DNA of 64,000 nucleotides from Alphaproteobacteria bacterium GWF2_58_20 (GTDB lineage Bacteria; Pseudomonadota; Alphaproteobacteria; UBA1247): the NCBI GenBank assembly GCA_001768735.1, contig MEMB01000007.1:23612-87611 (forward strand). Direction: 5' to 3'. The notes under the pieces were generated by a model that saw nothing but the letters and a program-made list of their open reading frames with translations, was not told the DNA's origin and searched no databases. Below are positions 9,456-18,776 of the stretch, piece after piece. A program made the position numbers and the translations under genes. Every line of letters begins with the position of its first letter. Position 1 is the stretch's first letter.

Positions 9456-10802
9456 TCAGCGGTTGGAGATGGGATCGTCGGCGATGATTTGCATCAGCGC
9501 CACAATTTTGGGGGCAAGGTCGTGTGCGGCGGCCCGAATGGCATCCATGGCGATTTCACGGGTGGTTGGGCGGATCACCCCCGTCACGACCTCAAACGCC
9601 TTGGCCCCTGAAGCGGTCGGCGTTTTGGCAGCCTTGTTCTCAATGGTCGTTGGCATCAGCTTGGGTTTTCCGCCAGGATTGGGGCGCTGGATGCGGGCCG
9701 CAAGGCCTGCGCTGAATTGCATCTGCCGTCCCAGCTTGTTTTCCGCCAGCACGGATGTGCCAGCCTTGGCGAGTCCTGCGGAAATGGTATAACCCAACAC
9801 CTGGCTTTTGCCTTTCATGCGCAGGGTTCCGGTTTCCTCAAGCGTGGAATCCACATAAAACCGCATCGGTTGTCCGTTGTCCATGCGGCCCATGCCCATG
9901 CGGTTGGCCAGCAGGCTGCCCACATTGGCCTGTGCCCATGGCGATGGCGGTGACATCAGGGCGATGCTGGAAAGGTTTTGCCGCCGCAATTCATCGGAAA
10001 CAAACTGGTGCAGGGTGTGCAGGAGTTCCAGTTTGAAGCGCTCGGTTTCCCAATTCCTGGCATCATCGCTTTCGGCACGGCCTTCGGCGCCGATGGCGCT
10101 TTCAACGAGCTGGCGGATTTCCGCAGGAGGGCCGGAGGACGGGAAATTGAAGGCGGTGAACTGAAAAACGGCATCCGCCGCATCCCGGTCCCATGTCCTG
10201 TCCGTGGCCACCCGGATGGCCAGCTCATGCAGGGTCTTTGCAAACAGGTCGCGGTAAGCAGTGGCAAGCTCGCTGCTGTTCATGGCGTGGTCGGTTACCA
10301 CGGACTGTTCGCCGACGAACAGTTTTGAGTAGATGGATTCCAGGCGGCGACGCTGGCTCATGGCCGCCTTGTCGGTAAAGATGTCCATGGTTAGCGCCAC
10401 GGAAAAGACGGTGAGGAACTGGCTTGGTGTGCCGGGGGCGGAGTAGGTCAGGGTTTCGTGTTGCGCGCGGGAAAGGTAAACGGCCACCGGATTGCCCTTC
10501 ATGGCCAAGGCGTCGGAGGCATCTGTCGGGGCCAGGACAAGATGCAGCTTTTTGACCAGATCCGTCTCCCGGGAAAGCAGGGATTGGGCCAAGGGAGTCA
10601 TTTCATCCCCGGCGAGTTCTCCGGCAACCTTGCTGACGGGCCGGACAAGGTATTTGGTCAGCTGGTTGTCGCGTCCCGGAGGCAGGTCAAAAAATGCCCC
10701 TGCGAAAAAGGTCTGTGAAATATCGGTGTTTCCGGCAGCGCGTGCCGAAAGGGGCAGGGCGAGGCTCAGGGCGAAGATCAGAGAGGCCAGACGATGTCTC
10801 AC
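9456..10802 (-). CDS. Hypothetical exported protein, first gene of the minus-strand operon
   Basis: GTG start with AAGGAGA RBS; signal peptide ending ARA; 448 aa ORF. Confidence 0.7.
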   Translation of the reverse strand: MRHRLASLIFALSLALPLSARAAGNTDISQTFFAGAFFDLPPGRDNQLTKYLVRPVSKVAGELAGDEMTPLAQSLLSRETDLVKKLHLVLAPTDASDALAMKGNPVAVYLSRAQHETLTYSAPGTPSQFLTVFSVALTMDIFTDKAAMSQRRRLESIYSKLFVGEQSVVTDHAMNSSELATAYRDLFAKTLHELAIRVATDRTWDRDAADAVFQFTAFNFPSSGPPAEIRQLVESAIGAEGRAESDDARNWETERFKLELLHTLHQFVSDELRRQNLSSIALMSPPSPWAQANVGSLLANRMGMGRMDNGQPMRFYVDSTLEETGTLRMKGKSQVLGYTISAGLAKAGTSVLAENKLGRQMQFSAGLAARIQRPNPGGKPKLMPTTIENKAAKTPTASGAKAFEVVTGVIRPTTREIAMDAIRAAAHDLAPKIVALMQIIADDPISNR

Positions 10803-10934
10803 AAACAGTCTCCTTGGAAGATGGTCGCAGGTGTTTGTCCTCCCCCTTCATAACAGATGGAGAAAAAACTTTCACCCCCGTTCATATGCATGGATGAGGC
10901 TAAAAAGATCCGAGCGACAAAAAAAGAAGGAGAA

Positions 10935-11264
10935 ATGAAGATGACAAGGCATGATTTCAGGAAGGTTTCCATGGCTGTGGCGGCCTGCGCCCTGCTGGCA
11001 GGATGCGTGACCAGCGGCAACCAGCCCGGGAGCGCCATGGTTGGCGGCGTTCTGGGCGGGCTTGCCGGATCGCAGTTTGGTTCAGGAGAGGGACGGCTGG
11101 CAATGACCGCAGCCGGGGCCGCTCTCGGGGCTCTGGCCGGACAGTCTGCCGGGGAATCGCTTGACCGGGCGGATGCGGTTTATTATGGGCAGCAAGCCTA
11201 TCGCAATGAACGGCAGGACTACCGCTCCCACCACCATCCATCCAGGACATATCGGGCCTGGTAA
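10935..11264 (+). CDS. Glycine-zipper 2TM lipoprotein (17 kDa surface-antigen-like, short)
   Basis: AAGGAG RBS; lipobox LAGC; GGVLGGLAGSQFGSGEGRLAMTAAGAALGALAGQSAGESLDRAD. Confidence 0.85.
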   Translation: MKMTRHDFRKVSMAVAACALLAGCVTSGNQPGSAMVGGVLGGLAGSQFGSGEGRLAMTAAGAALGALAGQSAGESLDRADAVYYGQQAYRNERQDYRSHHHPSRTYRAW

Positions 11265-11370
11265 CAAAAAATGCGTCGGGGCTTGCCGAAAGACTCCGGC
11301 GCTGGCAGAATGAAGGGTATCCGCCACCATGGTGTGCGGATGCCCTTTTTGTTTTCACGGGATGGACATC

Positions 11371-11763
11371 ATGCTTGTCAGGATGCGTTTTTTCTTTTGT
11401 TGCGCGGTTGTTTTGGCGCTTTCGGCATGTGCGGTGCCGGATCAGGGTGCAGGCAGCATGGCGGGGTCTCCGATGGAAAATTCCGGGGGATCCGCGGTTT
11501 CGTTTCGTCATTATGCCATAGACTTTGTGGATTTTCGCGGCGATGAACTGGCCGAGGTTTCCTTCCGTCTTGAACAGCTCCCCGGTTATCGCAGCCTGCG
11601 CATTGCGGAGAGTACCGGCGCCACCTTGCGGATATGGTATGAAACCACCCTGCCTGCTCCGGTCCTGCGGAGCTTCATCAGCCGCATCATGACGTCCATG
11701 GGCCGCAATGTGAATATCCACATGGAAGGCGCTGATCATATCAGGGTGGAAACCCTTTATTAA
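11371..11763 (+). CDS. Hypothetical lipoprotein
   Basis: Lipobox LSAC; ends just before the amiC RBS. Confidence 0.6.
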   Translation: MLVRMRFFFCCAVVLALSACAVPDQGAGSMAGSPMENSGGSAVSFRHYAIDFVDFRGDELAEVSFRLEQLPGYRSLRIAESTGATLRIWYETTLPAPVLRSFISRIMTSMGRNVNIHMEGADHIRVETLY

Positions 11764-11778
11764 AGGAGAAGAACCGGC

Positions 11779-13104
11779 ATGAACGGGATCAGGCATTTGT
11801 GGCGACAGGGGTTTGCCTTGCTCCTGCTGGCGCTTGTCTGCCTTCCGGCGCAGGCCGCGCCTTTCGTGTCTGGGGTGCGTTTCGGCCAGCATCCCGACAA
11901 GTTGCGCATTGTTCTGGATGTGGGGGAAAAGGCCGGATTCCAGCCGGCCGTTTTTGAAGATCCGTGGCGGGTGGTTGTGTCTTTTGATGGCATGAAATCG
12001 GCCCACTTGCCGGCCACCCTTTCAGGGAAGGGGGCTTTGCCGGTGCTCCGCTATGGCGCGGATGAAAAAACCGACAGCCTGGTTTTTGAAACGCAAGGGC
12101 CAGTGCAAATCCTTGACAGTTTTTTCCTTCCCGGCGAAGGAGAAAAGTCTCCCCGCATTGTTCTGGACATTGCATCCCTTGCCAGCCTTTCCTCTGGAAA
12201 AAATGTCCTGTCTCCTGCCGCAAGGGGAGGGGAATCCACATCTTCGTCCCTTTCGCAATCCTCCGCGGGAGATGCCGCTGCGCTTTCGGCCATCATTGGC
12301 GGACTGGTGGATGGAGGAAAAGGCCAGGAGAAGACATCCCCGCCTGAACAGGAAGTGGTTCCTGCGCCTGCGGGTCAGGCCAGCATGCCTCCTCCTGCTC
12401 CGCGCGCGCGCAAGGTGGTGGTGCTGGATCCGGGGCATGGCGGACGCGATCCGGGCGCCATCGGAGCGGATGGGACATTTGAGAAAACCATTACGCTGGC
12501 CGTGGCGAAGTCCTTGCGGACGGAACTGGAGAAAAGCGGCAAATACAAGGTTCTTCTGACCCGCGAGGATGACCGGACGCTGCGCCTGTCAGACCGGGTG
12601 AAATTTGCCCGGAATGCCAAGGCCGACCTGTTCGTGTCGCTGCATGCCGATTCCATTGAGGCCGGACAGGCCTCCGGGGCTTCTTTTTATACCCTGTCCG
12701 ACAAGGCATCGGACGGGGCGACCGCGCGGCTGGTGGCCCGCGAAAATCGTGCCGACATCATTGCCGGGCTTGACCTGAGCGAGGAAAGCGCCGACGTGGC
12801 GGGCATCCTGATCGATCTTGCCATGCGCGAAACACAGAACCAGTCGCACCTGCTGTCGCGTCAGGTTGTGTCTGCCATGACGTCGGCGGGCATTACGCTG
12901 CTGGAAAACCCGCAACGTTCTGCGGGATTTGCGGTTCTCAAGGCGCCGGATGTGCCTTCGCTCCTGGTGGAAATGGGATATGTGTCCAGCCGCAAGGAAG
13001 TGGCGCTTTTAAAAAATCCCAAGCACCAGCACCGTCTGGCCGGGGCCCTGCACAACGGGCTTGATGGATATTTCTCCTGGCTGGAAGGGGTCAGTGGACG
13101 ATGA
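11779..13104 (+). CDS. amiC: N-acetylmuramoyl-L-alanine amidase (AMIN + Amidase_3)
   Basis: AMIN domain (RIVLD..P.RVVV); VVLDPGHGGRDPGA, FVSLHADS, FAVLKAPDVPSLLVEMGY. Confidence 0.92.
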   Translation: MNGIRHLWRQGFALLLLALVCLPAQAAPFVSGVRFGQHPDKLRIVLDVGEKAGFQPAVFEDPWRVVVSFDGMKSAHLPATLSGKGALPVLRYGADEKTDSLVFETQGPVQILDSFFLPGEGEKSPRIVLDIASLASLSSGKNVLSPAARGGESTSSSLSQSSAGDAAALSAIIGGLVDGGKGQEKTSPPEQEVVPAPAGQASMPPPAPRARKVVVLDPGHGGRDPGAIGADGTFEKTITLAVAKSLRTELEKSGKYKVLLTREDDRTLRLSDRVKFARNAKADLFVSLHADSIEAGQASGASFYTLSDKASDGATARLVARENRADIIAGLDLSEESADVAGILIDLAMRETQNQSHLLSRQVVSAMTSAGITLLENPQRSAGFAVLKAPDVPSLLVEMGYVSSRKEVALLKNPKHQHRLAGALHNGLDGYFSWLEGVSGR

Positions 13105-15539
13105 GGGTCCGGGATTTTTTCCTTTCCGCAATGTCCTGGGGATTGCTTTGCCTTATCCTGGTGCTGGCCACGGGGTGGTTTGTGCTGGCGCGTTTCACCA
13201 GGGACATTCCCGATTATCGCCAGCTTGTAGGGTACCAGCTTCCGGTGGTTACCCGGGTACATGCCGGGGATGGCCGACTCATGGTGTCCTTTGCCAAGGA
13301 AGACCGGGCCTTTGTGCCGATTTCCGCCATTCCGCCGCTGGTACGGCAGGCCTTTATTTCCGCCGAGGACAAGAATTTCTATCACCATGCGGGCGTGGAT
13401 CCGACAGGAATCCTGCGGGCGGTGGCCACCAACCTGAAGCACTTGGGCCAGGCGCGGCGTCTGGTGGGGGCTTCCACCATTACCCAGCAGGTGGCCAAGA
13501 ACTTTCTCCTGACCAGCGAAGTTTCGGTGGAGCGAAAGGTCAAGGAAGCCATTCTGGCTTTCCGTATCGAGCAGGCGCTTTCCAAGGAAACCATCCTCGA
13601 GCTTTATCTCAACAAGATTTATCTCGGGGCGGGGTCTTATGGCGTGGCAGCGGCAGCGCTGGACTATTTCGACAAGTCGCTGGATGAACTGACCATTGCC
13701 GAAATGGCCTATCTGGCGGGGTTGCCCAAGGCACCCAACAACTACAATCCTGTCCGTAACCATGATGCCGCTGTCATCCGCCGCAATTATGTGGTTGACC
13801 GCATGCGCGAGGATGGGGCGATCAGCACGGAAGCGGCAGAGGAAGCCAAGGTCCAGCCGCTGGGCGTGAAGCCACGCAAGGGGGCGGATACCGTGGAAGC
13901 GGGCTATTTCCTGGAGGAGGTCCGGCGCGAGCTGATGGATGCCTATGGGGAATATGGCCTTTATTCCGGAGGACTGTCCGTACGGACCACGCTGGATTCC
14001 CGGCTGCAGGATGTGGCCGATACGTCCCTCGCATGGGGACTTGAGGAATATGACCGTCGGCGCGGGACATGGCGCGGACCTGTGGCGCGTCTGGCTAGCC
14101 TCTATGATTGGCAGCCTGCGCTGGCCCAGATGGTGGTGCCGCCAGGAGGGGAACGTTTTGCGCTGGCCGTGGTTCTGGAAGTGCGTGCCGACCATGCGTC
14201 CATCGGCCTGGTGGACGGAAAAACCGGAAACATTCCGCTGGAGGAGGCCAAATGGGCGCGCCGCCTGAACCGGGATGGAACGCGCGGGCCTGTTCCTTCC
14301 AGCATGGACGATGTGCTTTCGCCCGGGGATATCGTGTATGTGCGGGCTGTGGAAGGCAAGCCGGAACAGTTTTCCCTGCGGCAGGTTCCACGGGTGGAGG
14401 GGGCGATTGTGGCACTGGATCCACATACCGGGCGCGTCCTTGCCATGAGCGGCGGCTGGAGCTACCGGGTCAGCCAGTACAACCGCGCCATCCAGGCCAG
14501 CCGGCAAACAGGGTCTTCCTTCAAGCCGTTTGTATTTCTGGCTGCGCTGGATGCCGGGTTGACGCCTGCAACCCTGGTGCTGGATGCGCCGCTGGAAATG
14601 GATCAGGGGCCCGGGCTGCCCATGTGGGCGCCGAAGAATTACCATGATGAATACCTGGGGGCCGTTCCCTTGCGCGTTGGTCTTGAAAAATCGCGCAACC
14701 TGATGACCGTGCGGCTGGCCCAATATACCGGCATGGAGAAGATTGTCGATTACGCCAAGCGTTTTGGCGTGGTGCGGAACATGCCGCCCCATTATGCCAT
14801 GGCCCTGGGCGCGGGGGAGAGCACGGCGCTGCGCATGGCCAGCGCTTATGCCGTGTTTGTCAATGGCGGCAAGCAGATTGTTCCCACCCTGATTGACCGG
14901 GTGCAGGACCGGAGCGGCCATACACTTTACCGGCATGACCAGCGGCCCTGCCCGAATTGTGACGATGTGTCGTGGGGGCGGCAGAATGCTCCGGAAATTC
15001 CCGACATGCGGGCGCAGATCGCCGACCCGGTGTCGGCCTACCAGATTGTTTCCATGCTGCAGGGCGTGGTGCAGCGCGGTACGGCCGCTTCGGTGGGCTG
15101 GAAGCTGAAACGTCCGCTGGCGGGCAAGACCGGCACCACGAATGACAGCCGCGATGCCTGGTTTGTCGGTTTTTCTCCCGATCTCGTCGTGGCCACCTAT
15201 ATCGGTTATGACGCCCCGGAATCCCTTGGCAAGCAGGAAACCGGTTCTTCGGTAGCCGTGCCGGTGTTTGCGCGGTTCATGGAGGCAGCGTTGGCGGATA
15301 CGCCAGCCACGCCCTTCCGGGTGCCGCCGGGGGTGCGCATGGTCAAGATCAACCATGATACGGGGGAACTGGCCAGGCCGGGAGACAAGACGGTGATCTG
15401 GGAAGCCTTCCGCAGCGGAACCGAGCCTGGCGCCGATTCGCCACAGGGTGTTCTTGGGGAAGAAGGATTCATGGTGCCGCAAAAAGGCCATCCCACCATG
15501 CGTCCGGATGCAACCACCGGTACGGGCGGGCTTTACTGA
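13101..15539 (+). CDS. mrcA: Penicillin-binding protein 1A
   Basis: Transglycosylase motifs EDKNFYHH and GASTITQQVAKN; transpeptidase motifs SSFK, SRN and KTGT. Confidence 0.95.
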   Translation: MRVRDFFLSAMSWGLLCLILVLATGWFVLARFTRDIPDYRQLVGYQLPVVTRVHAGDGRLMVSFAKEDRAFVPISAIPPLVRQAFISAEDKNFYHHAGVDPTGILRAVATNLKHLGQARRLVGASTITQQVAKNFLLTSEVSVERKVKEAILAFRIEQALSKETILELYLNKIYLGAGSYGVAAAALDYFDKSLDELTIAEMAYLAGLPKAPNNYNPVRNHDAAVIRRNYVVDRMREDGAISTEAAEEAKVQPLGVKPRKGADTVEAGYFLEEVRRELMDAYGEYGLYSGGLSVRTTLDSRLQDVADTSLAWGLEEYDRRRGTWRGPVARLASLYDWQPALAQMVVPPGGERFALAVVLEVRADHASIGLVDGKTGNIPLEEAKWARRLNRDGTRGPVPSSMDDVLSPGDIVYVRAVEGKPEQFSLRQVPRVEGAIVALDPHTGRVLAMSGGWSYRVSQYNRAIQASRQTGSSFKPFVFLAALDAGLTPATLVLDAPLEMDQGPGLPMWAPKNYHDEYLGAVPLRVGLEKSRNLMTVRLAQYTGMEKIVDYAKRFGVVRNMPPHYAMALGAGESTALRMASAYAVFVNGGKQIVPTLIDRVQDRSGHTLYRHDQRPCPNCDDVSWGRQNAPEIPDMRAQIADPVSAYQIVSMLQGVVQRGTAASVGWKLKRPLAGKTGTTNDSRDAWFVGFSPDLVVATYIGYDAPESLGKQETGSSVAVPVFARFMEAALADTPATPFRVPPGVRMVKINHDTGELARPGDKTVIWEAFRSGTEPGADSPQGVLGEEGFMVPQKGHPTMRPDATTGTGGLY

Positions 15540-15712
15540 AAATTTCCCTTTTCCTGACGGGAAATGCCGGCAATGTTTTCCGGCATGATTCGACGGGCCG
15601 CGCGTTTTTCCGGACGTCCTTTCTTTGGCGGCAATGTCAAGAAAAAATTTTCAAAAAAAATGCTTGCAGCGGGCATCATGGCATATATGATGTGTATATC
15701 AACTCTTTTGCC

Positions 15713-15728
15713 ATACAACATATAGTAG
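15713..15728. promoter_or_regulatory. NrdR box upstream of nrdD
   Basis: The reverse complement CTACTATATGTTGTAT fits the NrdR consensus acaCwAtATaTwGtg and lies in the ribonucleotide reductase promoter region. Confidence 0.7.
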
Positions 15729-15848
15729 GTCGTGCAAGCGACGGAAAACTGGAAACCCTTGTTTCCTTATGGTGAATCCCAGACGTACGGGATGCCTTGG
15801 TTCCAGTTCTTGTATGTCCGGACAGACGAAGAAGGAGAATCAGGGGTC

Positions 15849-17903
15849 ATGGAAACAGGCGAGCAGGCACTTCTTTTCCAGTTGCCGGAAACCCCGCTTC
15901 CCGAGCTTGTTGTCAAGCGTGACGGAACCAAGGTTGTTTTTGATGAAAGCCGAATCCTTGCCACAATCCGCAAGGCGGCTTTTGAGACCCGTGAATTTGG
16001 CGAGGAAGATGCCAACATGCTGGCCGCGCAGGTGGTCAAGGTGGTGCGGCATCGGTTTACCGGACGCCAGCCATCGGTTGAGCAGGTGCAGGATGTTGTC
16101 GAGCAGTGCCTGATTTCCGCCAACCACATGGAAACCGCGCGCGCCTTCATCGTTTACCGCGAGCAGCACAGCCGCCTGCGCGGTGAGCGCAAGGTGCATG
16201 TCGATGCGGTGGCATCGGTCAATGAATATCTCGAGAGGATCGACTGGCGGGTGAACGCCAACGCCAACCAGGGCTATTCCCTTGGCGGGATGATTCTCAA
16301 CGTGGCGGGCAAGGTGACAGCCAATTACTGGCTCAGCCATGTCTATCCGCCCTATGTGGGCGAGGCGCACCGCAATGGCGATGTGCATATTCATGATCTC
16401 GACATGCTGTCGGGCTATTGCGCGGGCTGGTCGTTGCGCAACCTTCTGAATGAAGGCCTCAATGGCGTGCCCGGAAAGATCGAGGCCAAGCCACCCAGCC
16501 ACCTGTCAAGCGCGCTGGGGCAGGCCGTCAATTTCCTGGGGTCGCTGCAGAACGAATGGGCGGGCGCGCAGGCCTTCAGTTCGTTCGACACCTATCTTGC
16601 GCCCTTCGTCCGCAAGGACAAGATGTCCTATGAGGAAGTGAAGCAGAATATCCAGGTGTTCATCTACAACATGAACAGCCCGTCGCGCTGGGGCACGCAG
16701 ACACCGTTCACCAATCTCACCCTTGACTGGACCTGTCCCGAGGACGTGAAAAACCAGGTTCCGCTCATCGGCGGCAAGGAAATGCCGTTCACCTATGGTG
16801 AATTGCAGGCCGAGATGGACATGATCAACCGCGCCTACATCGAGGTGATGACTGCGGGCGACGCCAAGGGCCGCATTTTTACCTTTCCCATTCCCACTTA
16901 CAACATCACGCCCGATTTTACCTGGGATTCGGAAAATGCGAACCTGCTGTTCGAGATGACGGCGAAATACGGGCTGCCCTATTTCCAGAATTTCCTCAAC
17001 TCCGACCTCGCGCCCAACATGGTGCGCTCCATGTGCTGCCGGTTGCAGCTGGACCTGCGCGAGCTGCTCAAGCGCGGCAACGGCCTCTTTGGTTCCGCCG
17101 AGCAGACAGGCTCCGTGGGTGTGGTCACCATCAACTGCGCGCGTCTTGGCTACCTCTATTCCGGCAATCTTGACGGCATGCTGGAACGTCTGGGCGAACT
17201 GATGGACCTGGGCAAGGTCAGCCTCGAGATCAAGCGCAAGACCATCCAGCGCGGAATTGACATCGGCCTGTACCCGTTTACCAAGCGGTATCTTGGCACG
17301 TTGCGCAACCATTTCTCGACCATTGGCATCAATGGCGTCAACGAGATGATCCGCAACTTCACCAAGGATGCCTATGACATCGCCACGGTTGATGGCAAGG
17401 CCCTGGCCGAGCGTGTTCTGGATTTCTGCCGCGAGCGGCTGGTGGCCTATCAGGAAGAAACCGGCCATCTCTACAATCTTGAAGCGACGCCGGCGGAAGG
17501 CACCACCTACCGTTTTGCGCGCGAAGACAAGAAGCGTTATCCCGACATTCTGCAGGCCGGTGAGCCGGATGCGCCCTATTACACCAATTCTTCCCAGCTT
17601 CCGGCGGGATTCGGGGATGATCCGATCGCTGCGCTCGACCATCAGGAAACCCTGCAGCGCAAATATACGGGGGGCACCGTGTTCCACATGTTCCTGACCG
17701 AGCGGGTGACGGATTCTTCCGCCTGCAAGGCGCTGGTGCGCCGGGTACTGGAGCGTTACCGGATTCCCTACCTCACCATCACCCCCACCTTTTCAGTTTG
17801 TCCGCGCCACGGCTACATTGCGGGCGAACACAAATACTGCCCGAAATGCGATGCCGAGCTGATTGCACGCAAGCGGGCGGACATTGCAGCAGCGAGTTCA
17901 TGA
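15849..17903 (+). CDS. nrdD: Class III anaerobic ribonucleoside-triphosphate reductase catalytic subunit (ATP cone; lacks the glycyl-radical C-terminus)
   Basis: ATP cone VVKRDG; HIHDL; finger loop SMCCRL; EATPAEG; YTGGT; terminal Zn site CPRHG...CPKC; AAGGAG RBS upstream of ATG 15849. Confidence 0.92.
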   Translation: METGEQALLFQLPETPLPELVVKRDGTKVVFDESRILATIRKAAFETREFGEEDANMLAAQVVKVVRHRFTGRQPSVEQVQDVVEQCLISANHMETARAFIVYREQHSRLRGERKVHVDAVASVNEYLERIDWRVNANANQGYSLGGMILNVAGKVTANYWLSHVYPPYVGEAHRNGDVHIHDLDMLSGYCAGWSLRNLLNEGLNGVPGKIEAKPPSHLSSALGQAVNFLGSLQNEWAGAQAFSSFDTYLAPFVRKDKMSYEEVKQNIQVFIYNMNSPSRWGTQTPFTNLTLDWTCPEDVKNQVPLIGGKEMPFTYGELQAEMDMINRAYIEVMTAGDAKGRIFTFPIPTYNITPDFTWDSENANLLFEMTAKYGLPYFQNFLNSDLAPNMVRSMCCRLQLDLRELLKRGNGLFGSAEQTGSVGVVTINCARLGYLYSGNLDGMLERLGELMDLGKVSLEIKRKTIQRGIDIGLYPFTKRYLGTLRNHFSTIGINGVNEMIRNFTKDAYDIATVDGKALAERVLDFCRERLVAYQEETGHLYNLEATPAEGTTYRFAREDKKRYPDILQAGEPDAPYYTNSSQLPAGFGDDPIAALDHQETLQRKYTGGTVFHMFLTERVTDSSACKALVRRVLERYRIPYLTITPTFSVCPRHGYIAGEHKYCPKCDAELIARKRADIAAASS

Positions 17904-17922
17904 CATTCAAGGGAGAAAAAAC

Positions 17923-18108
17923 ATGACACCACCCAACCAGAATGGCGCGGTCGAGATTATCCTGAAGGACGAGGAACGCCAGCCCTGTGAAATCTGGACG
18001 CGTGTGATGGGTTATCATCGCCCGGTGTCGGAATTCAATATCGGCAAGAAGGCGGAGTTCCGCGAGCGCGTGGCCTTCCGCGAGAGCCGTTGTGAAACCA
18101 GCGCCTGA
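17923..18108 (+). CDS. Stand-alone NrdD glycyl-radical domain (61 aa)
   Basis: AAGGGAGA RBS; CEIWTRVMGYHRPVSEFNIGKKAEFRER is the NrdD RVxGY glycyl-radical motif. Confidence 0.85.
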   Translation: MTPPNQNGAVEIILKDEERQPCEIWTRVMGYHRPVSEFNIGKKAEFRERVAFRESRCETSA

Positions 18109-18763
18109 ACTGCTGGTTGGCGGGCTCGTTCCGTTTACCACCATTGATTTTCCGGGGCGGCTGGCCGCTGTGGTGTTCTGCCAGGGGTGTCCGTGGCAGT
18201 GCGATTACTGTTATAACCGCCACCTTTGGCAGGCTTCGGGGGAGAACATGATCCCCTGGGCTGAGGTTCTGGCTTTTCTGGAAAAGCGGCAGGGCATGCT
18301 GGATGGTGTGGTTTTCAGCGGGGGCGAGGCCAGTGTCCAGCCGGGTTTGCCAGAAGCGCTGAAGCAGGTGCGGGCGCTGGGATATGCCACGGCCCTGCAT
18401 ACCAATGGCGTGGTGCCGGAGCGGCTTGAAACCCTGTTGCCCCTGCTGGACTGGGTGGGGCTCGACATCAAGGCGCCCTTTGACCTTTATGAAAAAGTGA
18501 CAAAGATTCCCGGCTCCGGACAGAAAGCCCGCCGGGCGCTGGATATCCTGTTGCGTTGGGGCGGGGCGTTTGAAACCCGAACCACGGTGGATCTCGCCCT
18601 GCTTTCGGCGCAAGACCTTGAAGCCATGGCCCGCGACCTGTCGGAAAGCGGCGTGAAAGCGTGGGCGTTGCAACCCTGCCGCCGGGATGATGGAGTGGCG
18701 GTGCTGGATGAAGGCCTGCTCGCAGGGGCACGTGCCTTCATGCCGGATCTTGTTATCCGCTAA
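18092..18763 (+). CDS. nrdG: Anaerobic RNR activating protein (radical SAM)
   Basis: FTTIDFPGRLAAVVFCQGCPWQCDYC (CxxxCxxC), GVVFSGGE; adjacent to nrdD. Confidence 0.92.
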   Translation: MKPAPELLVGGLVPFTTIDFPGRLAAVVFCQGCPWQCDYCYNRHLWQASGENMIPWAEVLAFLEKRQGMLDGVVFSGGEASVQPGLPEALKQVRALGYATALHTNGVVPERLETLLPLLDWVGLDIKAPFDLYEKVTKIPGSGQKARRALDILLRWGGAFETRTTVDLALLSAQDLEAMARDLSESGVKAWALQPCRRDDGVAVLDEGLLAGARAFMPDLVIR

Positions 18764-18776
18764 GGGGTGATGGCGC

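Noticed and set aside
12861..15491. Long antisense ORFs (876 aa here; also 26541-28406, 55366-57288, 52708-54219)
   Set aside because: These are shadow ORFs opposite well-supported genes, expected in high-GC DNA, and carry no recognisable motifs.
15687..15702. FNR box upstream of nrdD (ATGAT...ATCAA)
   Set aside because: The spacer is 6 nt rather than 4, and the first half-site is imperfect.
17890..17925. Programmed frameshift or pseudogene joining nrdD to its radical domain
   Set aside because: The small ORF has its own RBS and ATG after a clean stop, so two genes is the simpler reading.
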